The notes below the pieces were generated by a model. It saw only the letters and a program-made list of their open reading frames with translations. It made no database searches and was not told the DNA's origin. Shown one piece after another: positions 35,032-47,517 of a DNA stretch of 64,000 nucleotides (positions within the stretch are counted from its first letter, which is position 1; each line of letters starts with the position of its first letter). This DNA is from Octopus bimaculoides (taxonomy: Eukaryota). The stretch spans positions 100,906,074-100,970,073 of the forward strand of contig NC_068983.1 of assembly GCF_001194135.2 (NCBI RefSeq). Direction: 5' to 3'. A program made the position numbers and the translations under genes.

Positions 35032-35267
35032 TTAAACTGTCATTCAATGTCCATTTTCCCATGCTAACATGGATCAGGCAAAATTTATTGAGGAAGATGT
35101 TTTATGGTTGGATGCTCTTCTTGTTGCCAACTCTCACTAATTTCCAAGCAAGTATTTTCCCATAGACATGATTTTCACAAAAGACTGGAAGCAAACAACC
35201 TCACTTGTATCATGATGATGCTCATTTACAATCATTACATGATGTCTAGACAAAGTACTCACATATA

Positions 35268-36499
35268 CAGGGGTTGGACAAAATAATGAGAACACCTTAA
35301 AATTTCAAACAAATTTTGATATGGGGTAGGACCGCTTTTGGCAGTAATTACAGCTTGAATTCTACAAAGTGTGGACTCGTACAAACTTTAAATTGTTTCC
35401 AAAGGAATTTTTGTCCATTCTTCAGCTTATAACAGTCTCCAGTTCTTATAGCGATGATGGTGGAGGATATTGACTCCTTGTTTTTCTAAAATGCACCATA
35501 AATGTTCAATAATATTGAGATCTGGGGACTGTGGTGGCCAGATAAGATGTTCAACTTCACAAGAATGTTTCTCATGCCATTCAATAACAACTTTAGCTGT
35601 GTGAATTGGTGCATTATCATCCTGAAAGATTGCATTTCCCTCCAGAAACCGTTCTGCAACCATACAATGAATTTGATCAGATAAAATGCTTAAATAGTCT
35701 TGACTATTAATTCTGCCATGAAGGGAAACTATTGGGCCAGCAGATTTCCAAGATATAGCTCCCACTAGATCATCACAGATCCTCCTCCATGTTTAACAAT
35801 TGGAAGAAGGCAGTCTGGGTCAAATGCTTCTTTTGGCTGTATCCACACGTATACTCGGCCAGTGGTCGGAAATAAGGTAAAGGATGACTCGTCTGAGAAA
35901 ATAACATTCTTCCACTTCTGTAGGTTTTTACTCCACTCTAAACTCTTTGCAACATTTGTTTTTGAAAGTAATAGTTTTCTGATTGCAGCCCTCCCATGAA
36001 ATCTGGCTTTGTACAGCTCCTGGCAAACAGTTTTTGTGGAAACTGGGTTCTCGAGGTGGTCATTAAGCTTGGGAGCTGTACTTTTGTGATCCTTTCTAAG
36101 AATTTGTGTAAGAGTCTGACGGTCCCTATCTGAAAGTTTTGGTTTTCTTCTGGAGTTTTGTTTCGATGAGTTTTTTTTCTCTCTTTCTCAAAGGCTGTCA
36201 TTACGTTTGAGACAGTACTTTTTGATACACCAAACATTTCGGCTGTTTTCGTTACGCTAGCGCCTGCCATATGGGCACCAACAATTTGACCTCTTTGAAA
36301 GTCCGATGGATCTGTCATTTTAATGAATTTTAATTACCTTTTTCTGATGATATCTGAAAAGAAACAGCAATTTTAGTAAAACATATTAAACAACACTAAT
36401 AGTAAATGAAAAAATTTAAATTTAAAGAAACTTTTTATAGTTTTATAGATACTTCAAAATTATAATGCTAGGTGTTTCTATTATTTTATCCAACCCCTG
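35268..36499 (-). mobile_element. Near full-length Tc1-type transposon (1232 bp) with DD36E spacing, frameshifted
   Basis: 29-bp TIRs (25/29 identical) with TA flanks. FSDESS, FQDDNAPIH and WPPQSPDLNIIE motifs; second D at 35616-35618, E at 35505-35507. Confidence 0.93.
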
Positions 36500-36519
36500 T
36501 ATGTGTTTTTATATATATG

Positions 36520-36830
36520 AAGGCATGTGGCTTCAGCTCATGATCATAAGGTTGTGAGTTCAATTCCCAGCAGTGCATTGTGTCCTTGAGCAAGACACTT
36601 TATTTCACATTGCTCCAGTCCATTCAGCTAGCAAAAATGAGAAGTACCTGTAATTCAAAGACCCAGTCTTATCACACTCCGTGTCACACTGAATCTCCCT
36701 GAGAACTACATTAAGGGTACACGTGTCTGTAGAGTGCTCAGCCATTCACATGTTAATTTAACGAGCAGGCTGTTCCATTGATTAGATCAGCTGGAACCCT
36801 CATCATAACTGATGGAATGCCAGTTGCATA
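36520..36830 (+). mobile_element. tRNA-derived SINE sharing its 3' part with family C
   Basis: GTGAGTTCAATTCCC B-box, TCCTTGAGCAAGACAC block, tail CTGTTCCATTGATTAGATCAGCTGGAACC; related copy at 51590-51880 (-). Confidence 0.8.
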
Positions 36831-39800
36831 CACACATACAACAGGCTTCTTTCAGTGTCTGACTACTGAATCCTCTCATAAGTCTCCAGTCAACCCAAGG
36901 TGCTGTGTGGTGGGACTGACCCTTAAATCACATGGTTGGGAAGCAAGTTTCTTAATCTCACAACTAGAGAAAAAAATAGTAATCTGCTAGACAAAAGCTT
37001 TACTTAACCTTTGGAGGTCATCACTGGTTCTTTTTTTCCTCCTGTCCCTTCTACCATTGTTTCAGTCATCTGAGCTGCTCTGAATTGGCTATTTGCATAT
37101 AATATCCAACTAATCCTACATGATTCATCTGCCTCTCAGCAACTCTACTGTTTCATCTCTTAGACTGCATGCCACTTCCCTAGAGCTGTACCCTTCTAAA
37201 CCCATATTTGCCCTTCAGTAACCAACTTGCAACAATCAAACAGAACATTGACCATATTAACTCCACCAAGTTATCCATATCCCGTAAAACTATTAATATG
37301 AAAAGTGTGAAGTTGGAAAGAAGAGTTGCAACTTAACAGAAAAATTAACAAAGTTATTCACTCAAACATATATGATACTATAATGTATATTGCATACTTT
37401 TGCCTCTCAAAGCCTAATTTTTTTTACAAGTAATTATAATTGACTGCTGTGCTTTGTGTTCCCCACCCCCCCAAATTTAACTGCTTTAAATTAAATGAAG
37501 CTCTGTGTTAAAAACATGTTTTACAATTTGAAAAAAGCAATATATGTGTTGATATATTTCAAATTGATGGATGCATTCATAACAAAGTAAAATTATGACA
37601 GTAAAATAATCATAAGAGCATTTATTTTTATTATATTACCTTGTAATCATTTATATTGTCCTGAATAAATGTGAAGTGTGAAGTAACTAGTACAGCTGAG
37701 ATAGAATGACTGCAGTAACAATAAAATGTTGATTCAACATTCAGTAATGTAGCTGTAGTATAGTATATAAACTATAAGTGCAGGCATTACTGTGTAGTTA
37801 AGTTTACTTCCCAACCACATGGTTCTGGATTGATTTCACTTCTGAAAATACCCAAGGAGAAACCCAATATATGCAATGCCTGGTCAAGACTGAAAAACTT
37901 TTGATCATAGGTCTGTTTATTCAATCAGCCCTGAATGAGCTGTTAATTAGAATCAGCTCATTTAGGGCTTAGCTGGATCTAAACTACAACAACAGATTTT
38001 TAATTTGTAGAAATATCAACTGTTCAAGATGTCTCTGAGTAAAAAGTATTGGTTTATGTCTTACTGAACCAAACTTCACCATCAAACCAACCAGGTAACT
38101 TCTATGAATTGCATGCTTTTTAGAAATAGCAACAAAATTACTTCATTGTTTTCATTCACATTCAACTATCTTATAAAGGAAGAATACATTGGATCATCAT
38201 GGTTGGAATGTCTTTGAGCATAGGTCTGCAAGATCAGAGTTGACTTGGGTTTAAGAAGCAGCTGCACTTCAATCATTTTCCATTATATTATACTTCACTT
38301 CACTATAATATAGAAGAAATATAAATATGATACAAATAAACAAGAGTAATTCACACACAGTTCAGAAGCTGTCACCAAGTGTGGTTCAGGGCATTACTTT
38401 CTGGTATTGAATCCTGAGACTCCTGAAAGTATCCATGTTCTTAGTGTTGAACTAGGATGGAATCCTGCCACATCCTTTGGGTAATTCACATATAGTTCTT
38501 AATAAGGCCACTGACATGATTTTCTTTTACCAATATTCTAGCATTTAAGTAGTCCACAAAATCCGAACATAGCTTTTCAATCAGATATTACTCTTCTACT
38601 TCTCATTCACATAGTTCAGATTATTTGATAATGTTGTTGATTCTAAGGACTGAGTTTCATGCCATTGCAGATGTAATTGGCCTCTACCAGGAGCATCTTT
38701 GACCTGACTCACTTTTCTCTCAGTTTTTTTCGCTCTTTCTCCTGTTGTCCCTAACGACTTTCCATACTTCTCTACTCTCCATTTTGTCCTTGTCATTCCA
38801 AGATGATGATGTAGTTCCTTTGGGAAGGGCCCCATAGCTTCCTGTCAGCTCCAAGCACTAAAGACAGGTAGTTTTTTTTTTTCAGCTATCCACAACATTT
38901 ATTTTAATAGTATATTTTTCTTTTAGTAAATATGCTTTTTCTTACACACACACACACACATATGGACTTACTTGATGCAGGGTGGGGGTTAAAGATTTAA
39001 ATAAATTATTTTGTTATTGTTGCTTAAATCCCAGCAGTGGACCACCACATCATCATTCCATAAAATGTGCTTATGGGGAGAAAAATCTGGAAAGCATCCT
39101 AGCATTGCTTTATCTTAATGTACATTAAGCTTTAATGCTCCCTGCCACCTAAGTTATCCTTTGAGAAAGACTATCAAAGGCCGAATTTCTCAGTTTGCTT
39201 CATCCAATCACATTGGTACAAGCTTGAATAAAGCTACACAGATACATCTACCTTGAACAAATATATACTGCAATTGAACCAGTTGAATGCAGATAAATGC
39301 TAAATCAAGGGATATTAAGACGTTTATGCAGCAGAATAAATGTCTGAAATATAATGTTAATTAATACTGTAACGAACAAATTTTGAGGATGTATGATTGT
39401 TCATTCTTTTCTATGATGACTTGAATATATACCCTCTATGGTGTATTAAATTCCAAAAAGTGAACTTAAGATTTATTTGTTGAGTGAAGTACCATGTAAT
39501 TGTTTGCCTTACACAATTTTATGTGTTCCTTACCATTTGATTATTTTGAAGTACTAATAAGGTACATGCCCATTTCCAAATCCCTATTCTCTTACGTTAC
39601 ACACACACACACACACAGACACACACACACACAAACACATACACGTATTTATGTATATATCACTATCATCATGACCATTTAACATGTTTTCCATGCTGGT
39701 AGGGATTGGACAGTTTATTAGGAGAACTGGAAAATTCTACTGTCTGCTTTCACATGGTTTCTACCGCTGGATACCCTGTCCTAATGCCAACCACTTTACA

Positions 39801-40043
39801 GAGTGTACTGGGTGCTTTTTTATGTTGCACCAGCACTGGTAGGGTCACCAAGTACCTTGTAAGACAAAGACCCTCAACTGAGAGAAGTAGTATTGATAGT
39901 GTAGGCTTTGTTCCAGTTGATGAGAGGTTAGTGTATAATAGAGGAATAGAAACAGGTGTCTTGCTGTTGAGCAGATACATAGCTATCCAAATTAGAAAAG
40001 AGAGGAGAGAGAAGATAGATAGATAGATACATACATACATACA

Positions 40044-40078
<35 letters not shown>

Positions 40079-40087
40079 TTATATATA

Positions 40088-40782
40088 TGTAGTGTGGATC
40101 TTGCATGCATGAAGTGGATTCGATCCACTATAGCCAAATTTAAATCAACACTGCAACAGAACTTTTCCCACGGTGGAACAATAGTTTTTCTCTGACAGCA
40201 GTTTAATATTTTCCAGATGCCTTTAGCTAGGCCGAAACAATGTCTTCACCACTTGACCCTTCCTAACCTCTTCTACATCACCAAAAGTTAGAATAGAGAT
40301 AACAAGACCACCAACTAAATCTATTGTTCTCAATAATATATCTATCCTTCTAGATCGTTATAAAAGCAAGGAAATCCCAAGAAAAATTTAGTTTAGTCAC
40401 CAGTCAGTGACGACTCAACCAGTCTAGTCACATGGTGATGACTCAATGAGAATGAAGTCAGGCTGACTAGCTAGAACCTTGACTAGAGGGAGAAAGAAGG
40501 TTACAACCAGCCAACTATGATACACAACTTTCCTCGACTCTATAACTTTCACTAGCTCACTTTCTGTAACATTACCATATCTCTGTCTATATACTGCTAC
40601 AAGATCATGTACACACATATACAGGCCGAAATTAACTTTCTTTACCTTGCATGCTTTACGAACTGTATTATACTATTACACTAACCTACCCGTTGTGGTA
40701 TGGTATTTATTAAAGTAACGATAAATAAATATTTCTTTACAACTTCGATCACTGTTCTTCGTTCATCTATACAATTGTTACA
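40088..40782 (+). mobile_element. Probable solo LTR (695 bp) inserted in (TA)n
   Basis: Begins TGTA and ends TACA, with AATAAA near the 3' end, TATA flanks on both sides, and non-coding unique sequence between microsatellite halves. Confidence 0.55.
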
Positions 40783-41572
40783 TATATATCCACAGACATA
40801 TATATATATATATACACACGGAGACACACACACACACATGTATAACCACATATAACACTGAGTAACCATGTACCTCCTCTGTAGCAAGAGACCTATTTCT
40901 GCCTTGCTATTTCTCTGTTACATTCTAACCTTTCATCATCTGGCACTGGATCATCTTCTCTAATGCCCCCTCTGTTGTGGTGAGACACCTGCTTCTGTCT
41001 CTTTGTCACACTCTAACCTTTCATCCTCTGACACAAGTTCCCCTCCTCAAATGCCCTGCCCCTCTCATAATTCCTTGTCTTGCAAGTAATTTGGTTACTC
41101 TGCCAGTGCTGGTGCCGTGTTAAGAGCATCCAGTCCACACTATAATGTCGTTGGCACTTGGAAGGGCATCCAGATGCAAAAATCATGCCGAAACTAACCT
41201 TGTCTTTGCTAGTGCCATGTAAAAAGTACTGAGTCCACTCTGCAGAGTGGACTCAGTACTTTTTACATGGCACNNNNNNNNNNNNNNNNNNNNNNNNNNN
41301 NNNNNNNNNNNNNNNNNNNNNNNNNNNNNNNNNNNNNNNNNNNNNNNNNNNNNNNNNNNNNNNNNNNNNNNNNNNNNNNNNNNNNNNNNNNNNNNNNNNN
41401 NNNNNNNNNNNNNNNNNNNNNNNNNNNNNNNNNNNNNNNNNNNNNNNNNNNNNNNNNNNNNNNNNNNNNNNNNNNNNNNNNNNNNNNNNNNNNNNNNNNN
41501 NNNNNNNNNNNNNNNNNATATATATATATATATATATAATGTGTGTGTGTGTATATATATATATATACATAC

Positions 41573-41850
41573 ATGACCGATATCCAAAATACAGTGGAGA
41601 AGGCTAGCCACTGGATTTGGTTAAAAAGAGACGATGAGCGATGGCTAAAGAAATATTGAGCTTTGTTTTAATAATCAGTTGATCTAGCAAGCGGGTCCTC
41701 ATATCAGTGAGGTGGGCCGGTGCGCATTAATGCTGTCTAGAGGTAGGCCCCGAAACGGCACGCATTCTCTCCTGATGACCCCATACACTTGCTGGCTTCC
41801 GGTATGCGGAGTTCCTGACTGGTAGCACTTGCATGTGCGAGTTGTTTGCA
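41573..41850 (+). mobile_element. HERO-like (RLE) LINE extreme 3' end
   Basis: TDIQNTVEKASHWIWLKRDDERWLKKY* followed by a GC/CpG-rich 3'UTR. Confidence 0.65.
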
Positions 41851-42276
41851 AGACATCATATAATATACATCATCAGCATCATTTAACATCCATTGTCCAT
41901 GCTGGCATGGGTTGAACAGTGTGGCCAGAGCTGGCAAGCTAGAGGGCTGCACCAGACTCTAGTCTGATTTGCCATGGTTTTTATGACTGGATACCCTTCC
42001 TTATGCAAATACATACATACATACATACATACATACATACATACATACATACATACACATACATTCATACATACATATATACATACATACAAACAAACAA
42101 ACAAACAAATGATCTAGAAGGTAGGTCAGATCTGGTAATACTGGGTTCATAATTAAGATGGTAGAAGAATAAAGACAACTAGAAAATTGTCATATTGCAA
42201 GTTTGTTCATCACTTATTAAAACCATGATAGGTATAGTGAATACATGCACACACACACGTGTGTGTATATTCTGTG

Positions 42277-42319
<43 letters not shown>

Positions 42320-43833
42320 NNNNNNNNNNNNNNNNNNNNNNNNNNNNNNNNNNNNNNNNNNNNNNNNNNNNNNNNNNNNNNNNNNNNNNNNNNNNNNNNN
42401 NNNNNNNNNNNNNNNNNNNNNNNNNNNNNNNNNNNNNNNNNNNNNNNNNNNNNNNNNNNNNNNNNNNNNNNNNNNNNNNNNNNNNNNNNNNNNNNNNNNN
42501 NNNNNNNNNNNNNNNNNNNNNNNNNNNNNNNNNGAAAAGTGTCCAGTTGTTTACATCTTTAACTTCAAATATTTTGGGTTTGTTTTGATATGCTGGCTTG
42601 GATTGTTAAGTTTTCTATCATTTAAGAAATAAATGTGTTTTATAAAGGTAATGAAAGTATGCATGTATAAACCCGTAAAGATATTTTAATTTATTTTCCC
42701 CCTTCACTTCCGAAAACTCATCTGGCTCATAAAGTAATAAATATTTCACTTCAAATGCATTTTCTTCAGAACACTCTGCTTTAATCATTAAAATCATAAT
42801 GTTCAAAATGATATTTTGTTTCCTTTTTTTTCCTGTTTTTTTTTTCTCTCACGTATGCTGTTTTTTTTATGACTTTCAGGTCACTTTTGCTCATTTCTTT
42901 AATTACCTTTCAAGTCACTAGCATTTTAACTTCTCATAGTTAAAGACCTCAATGAATCTAGATCCATGTCTTTTACAACTAGTTTCAACTTACCTTTATT
43001 TTTGAATGCTCATACTTGGATTTAACTGTATTACTTAACATACTGTAGAAACTGAAATTTACCAATAATTGATTAGTAAGTAAACCTCTTCAATCATTAT
43101 AAAAGAAAAAAAATGTGTTTTGTAATATAGAGATTGTAACCAGATTTGTTCAAACTTCATTAGAAGCCTTCAAATTTCACCTCTAAGGAAATTTATTTGA
43201 AATATTCCAAAATATTTCTCCAAATGAGTAAGGTATATTTGTCTTTCGTATTTTCTGTTGAAATGGGAACCAGAGGAATTTTTCTCTTTGTACATTTTCT
43301 TATTGTGTCCCTCATTATTATTTTTTGTAATCTTAAGCAATTATTTCCTTTATCAGTTTTCTTCAGGGGATTTGCTCTTGTTGTTTATCAGGATTAGACT
43401 TATCTCACTTTGTTACAGTGTAGTTTGTAACAAATTTCAAGCAACTGGTATTTCAGTATTTTCTTCAGATTACTAAACCAAATCCTTAACCCTTTAACAT
43501 TCAGATTATTCTGTCAAATGTAATCCTAATTTATTCACATTGTTTTAAATTAATCATGCATTATTTTGTAGCTTTGTGATTTCAATGATGTGAATGTATA
43601 TTTTTAGAATGACATTGTAGGGCAGGTGTGAGAGGCCTCCAAATTGTAGCTTTAGCATTTCTTGTTTGTTTTTCTCCCAGCTGACAAACAGATTTCGATC
43701 CTACTTCAAAGCTGGGTAGTGGTAAAAATGACATTCTAGCAATAAATAAATTTTCCTCCTTAAACCATCTACAAATGATAGCATTAAAAAAAAAAAGAAT
43801 GTATAACTCTATGAATCATAACAATTACTTTCT

Positions 43834-43865
<32 letters not shown>

Positions 43866-43927
43866 GCATGCGTTCATGCATGCATGTGTACGTGCATTTG
43901 TGCATGTGTGATATTTGTTAATTAGAA

Positions 43928-44140
43928 GGCAGCGAGCTAGCAGAAAGGTTAGCACGCCGGGTGAAATGCTTAGCGGTATTTCGTCTGTCTTCACGTTCTG
44001 TGTTCAAATTCTGCTGAGGTCGACTTTGCCTTTCATCCTTTTGGGGGTCAATAAATTAAGTACCAGTTGCATACTTGAGGCAATCTAATTGACTGGCCCT
44101 CTCCCTCAAAATTTCGGGCCTTGTGCCTAGAGTAGAAAAG
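43928..44140 (+). mobile_element. Intact SINE family D with 18-bp target site duplication
   Basis: GATATTTGTTAATTAGAA occurs at both 43910-43927 and 44141-44158. Confidence 0.93.
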
Positions 44141-45072
44141 GATATTTGTTAATTAGAAATTAGTAAAGAAAAGTCATAATTTTGAAATATGGGTTTATTT
44201 TTCATATCTAACATTAGGTTTATTGTCGTGGAGTTCTACATACCAACCCATCTAAAACCTACCCTGGTTCTATAATGCAAATTTTCTGTTTTAAAGAAAT
44301 CTAAATAAAAATATTTCCCTCAAAGTTTCATGTTAATTTATATTCCAAACAGTTTTATATTCACCAAGTTATATTTTTTGATAAATTCTTAATATTTATA
44401 TTTTTGATAAATTCTTAATATTCACAAAGTTATAAATTTTGATAAATTCTTCCTTATTTTCAAAATCAATTAAAACAAAGGCAGAATTGAAGGAGATTGG
44501 ACTGTTATTTCTAGCTGGTCAGTGAGTGTGTTGAGGCACAGTGGATATAAAGTTAACATGCTGAGTTAGTTAATCTAAACATTATGACTATAGCTGTAGT
44601 TTTCTGTTTCTGAACAAAGTACATAAACCCTTAATGACGCCTGGCTAACAAGTAGTATGCAAACTGACCTCGCCTGTGCTGGTACCACATAAAAAGCACT
44701 GAGTCCACTCTGCGGGGTTGTTGGTGTTAGGAAAGGCATCCAGCCATAAAAACTCTGCCGAAACAGGCACAAAAGTTTGGTGCAGACTTCTGCCTGACCA
44801 GCTCCTGTCGAACCATCCAAACAATGCCAGTATGAAAGGAGGATATTAGATGATGGTGATGATAATGGGGTAGATATATTTATTTATTTTGCATTTTGTA
44901 AATAATATCATTGTTGGTTACAAGCTTACAATATAGCAATGACTGGTTCACTGCATTTATGATACAAGGGTTTTTTTGGTGCAACACAAGGGCACCAAAT
45001 ATTACAAGAAACTTTGAAGAATACAAGTTTATCAGTATGCCAATGGCCTATGATACGTCTTTCACTATTATA

Positions 45073-45108
<36 letters not shown>

Positions 45109-46375
45109 TNNNNNNNNNNTATATATATATATATATATATATATACGTGTATAAGGGATGACCACTAGGTGGACATCCAATATGCTAGAAAGAGGTCATC
45201 AATGACCCACCCACAAAGAAAAATAATATTCTTCAGAAAAAATTTCGCAAAACACCAGAACAGGACAAAGTGAGAAATATACAGAATAAAGAATTATCTA
45301 TGGACTGCAGTTTCAAACATTAACGTTTTATGTACATAACAACATCCGTGTTCTCATAAGCATAGCCGTTCTAGAATTAATATAATTTGCAGAACTATAC
45401 ACGAATTGTCTTCATGAAATAAGATTTGCATATAGTTCTACCGATTACATTGGGGCTATTTTTCAAAATGCCTCAGCTCCGGCGCGCAAAATTCCGGAAA
45501 CAATTCTGCAGAGAATAATTCACTGCAGTATATGTTGCTGGCTGGAGAACATAACTATTTAAATTAACGTGAGTTATTTAGACATTAACAAATTTATTAG
45601 AATATTTAGCTGAAGATCAGAATAGAGTATTTATTTACTCTTAACTGTGAAACGGTCGTACTAAATTAACTAAAGGCAAGTGTTTTTTTACTCTTCTCTA
45701 CTGTTTTTTGTTCTGTGTGTATCAAAAATATCGCTANNNNNNNNNNNNNNNNNNNNNNNNNNNNNNNNNNNNNNNNNNNNNNNNNNNNNNNNNNNNNNNN
45801 NNNNNNNNNNNNNNNNNNNNNNNNNNNNNNNNNNNNNNNNNNNNNNNNNNNNNNNNNNNNNNNNNNNNNNNNNNNNNNNNNNNNNNNNNNNNNNNNNNNN
45901 NNNNNNNNNNNNNNNNNNNNNNNNNNNNNNNNNNNNNNNNNNNNNNNNNNNNNNNNNNNNNNNNNNNNNNNNNNNNNNNNNNNNNNNNNNNNNNNNNNNN
46001 NNNNNNNNNNNNNNNNNNNNNNNNNNNNNNNNNNNNNNNNNNNNNNNNNNNNNNNNNNNNNNNNNNNNNNNNNNNNNNNNNNNNNNNNNNNNNNNNNNNN
46101 NNNNNNNNNNNNNNNNNNNNNNNNNNNNNNNNNNNNNNNNNNNNNNNNNNNNNNNNNNNNNNNNNNNNNNNNNNNNNNNNNNNNNNNNNNNNNNNNNNNN
46201 NNNNNNNNNNNNNNNNNNNNNNNNNNNNNNNNNNNNNNNNNNNNNNNNNNNNNNNNNNNNNNNNNNNNNNNNNNNNNNNNNNNNNNNNNNNNNNNNNNAC
46301 CATAAAACGTTAATGTTTGAAACTGCTGTACATAGCTAATTCTTTATTCTGTATATTTCTCATTTTGTTTTGTTC

Positions 46376-46890
46376 ACATGAGAGGAAAATGAGGAAATAT
46401 GAGAAACTACAACTGCTTTGTGATAACAACGGTTGGTCGACTTCAGTGTGGCCGGTAGAAGTGGTCTGTAGAGGTTTCGCATCGCATGCCCTCTTTCCTT
46501 CGTTATACTGACTCGGTGCTCGTTGCTCTGAAGCCAAGGCACTAGAAAAGTTAGTATGTAGCGTTGCTGAAAGAGCTTCCTTTCATCTCTGGCTCTCAAG
46601 ACAACAGAAATCATGGGGTATGCCCCGTGATTAAGACTGATCATGACGTAAAAGAGGGTGTGCCGATTCTCCCTTTCATAATCCACGTGATAACGGGACT
46701 GAAATGCACATGGAAAGGCGCACTTTGCTACCTGGAGACGCAGTTTTGTGTTTTGCACCCTTCGCATCATGGAAAACAGGTTGGTTTGAAGATTCATATT
46801 GCCAGGTCTGGTTTCATAATCGGATCAGAAACGAATCTTTTTACCACCTTTTTCTGCTCCCTGGCAACTGATGATGAGGGAAGACTAAAC
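46376..46890 (+). mobile_element. HERO-like (RLE) LINE 3' fragment
   Basis: HERKMRKYEKL...PVEVVCRGFA...(stop)...AERASFHLWLSRQQKSWG followed by a 3'UTR. Confidence 0.7.
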
Positions 46891-46981
46891 TAACCTGTTT
46901 CCAATTAATTTTGGCTAATTCCTGCCAGAGTGTTTGCCATTTTTTGGCCAAGTTTATGGTATTTTTCATCATATTTTTATC

Positions 46982-47026
<45 letters not shown>

Positions 47027-47029
47027 TAC

Positions 47030-47078
<49 letters not shown>

Positions 47079-47104
47079 NNNNNNNNNNNNNNNNNNNNNN
47101 NNNN

Positions 47105-47172
<68 letters not shown>

Positions 47173-47484
47173 CATATCTAACTGTCTATCTGTCTCTTTT
47201 TCTCTCTCTCTCAGCGTTGGAAGAGGTGATCTTATGTCTCATGATGAAAGGATAGAATGTGACTGAGAAACAGAGGCAGAAACAGGTATCTTGCTACAGA
47301 GGAGGTACATAGCTACCCGGCCATAGAGAGAGAGAGAGAGAGAGAAAGAGCTAACAGAGAGGGGGGAAGGGAGAGGAAGAGATAGGAAGTGAGAGTGGGA
47401 GAGGTACAAGAAAGAGGACAAAAACAGGTGTGGTGATGTAAAGGAGATACTTGGTTACCTAGCCAGAGGGAAAAGCAAGGAAAG

Positions 47485-47517
<33 letters not shown>

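Noticed and set aside
45680-46339. Long ORFs of 190-220 aa (likewise at 3409-3931, 41183-41611 and 42195-42632)
   Set aside because: They are open only because they run through N-gaps and dinucleotide repeats.
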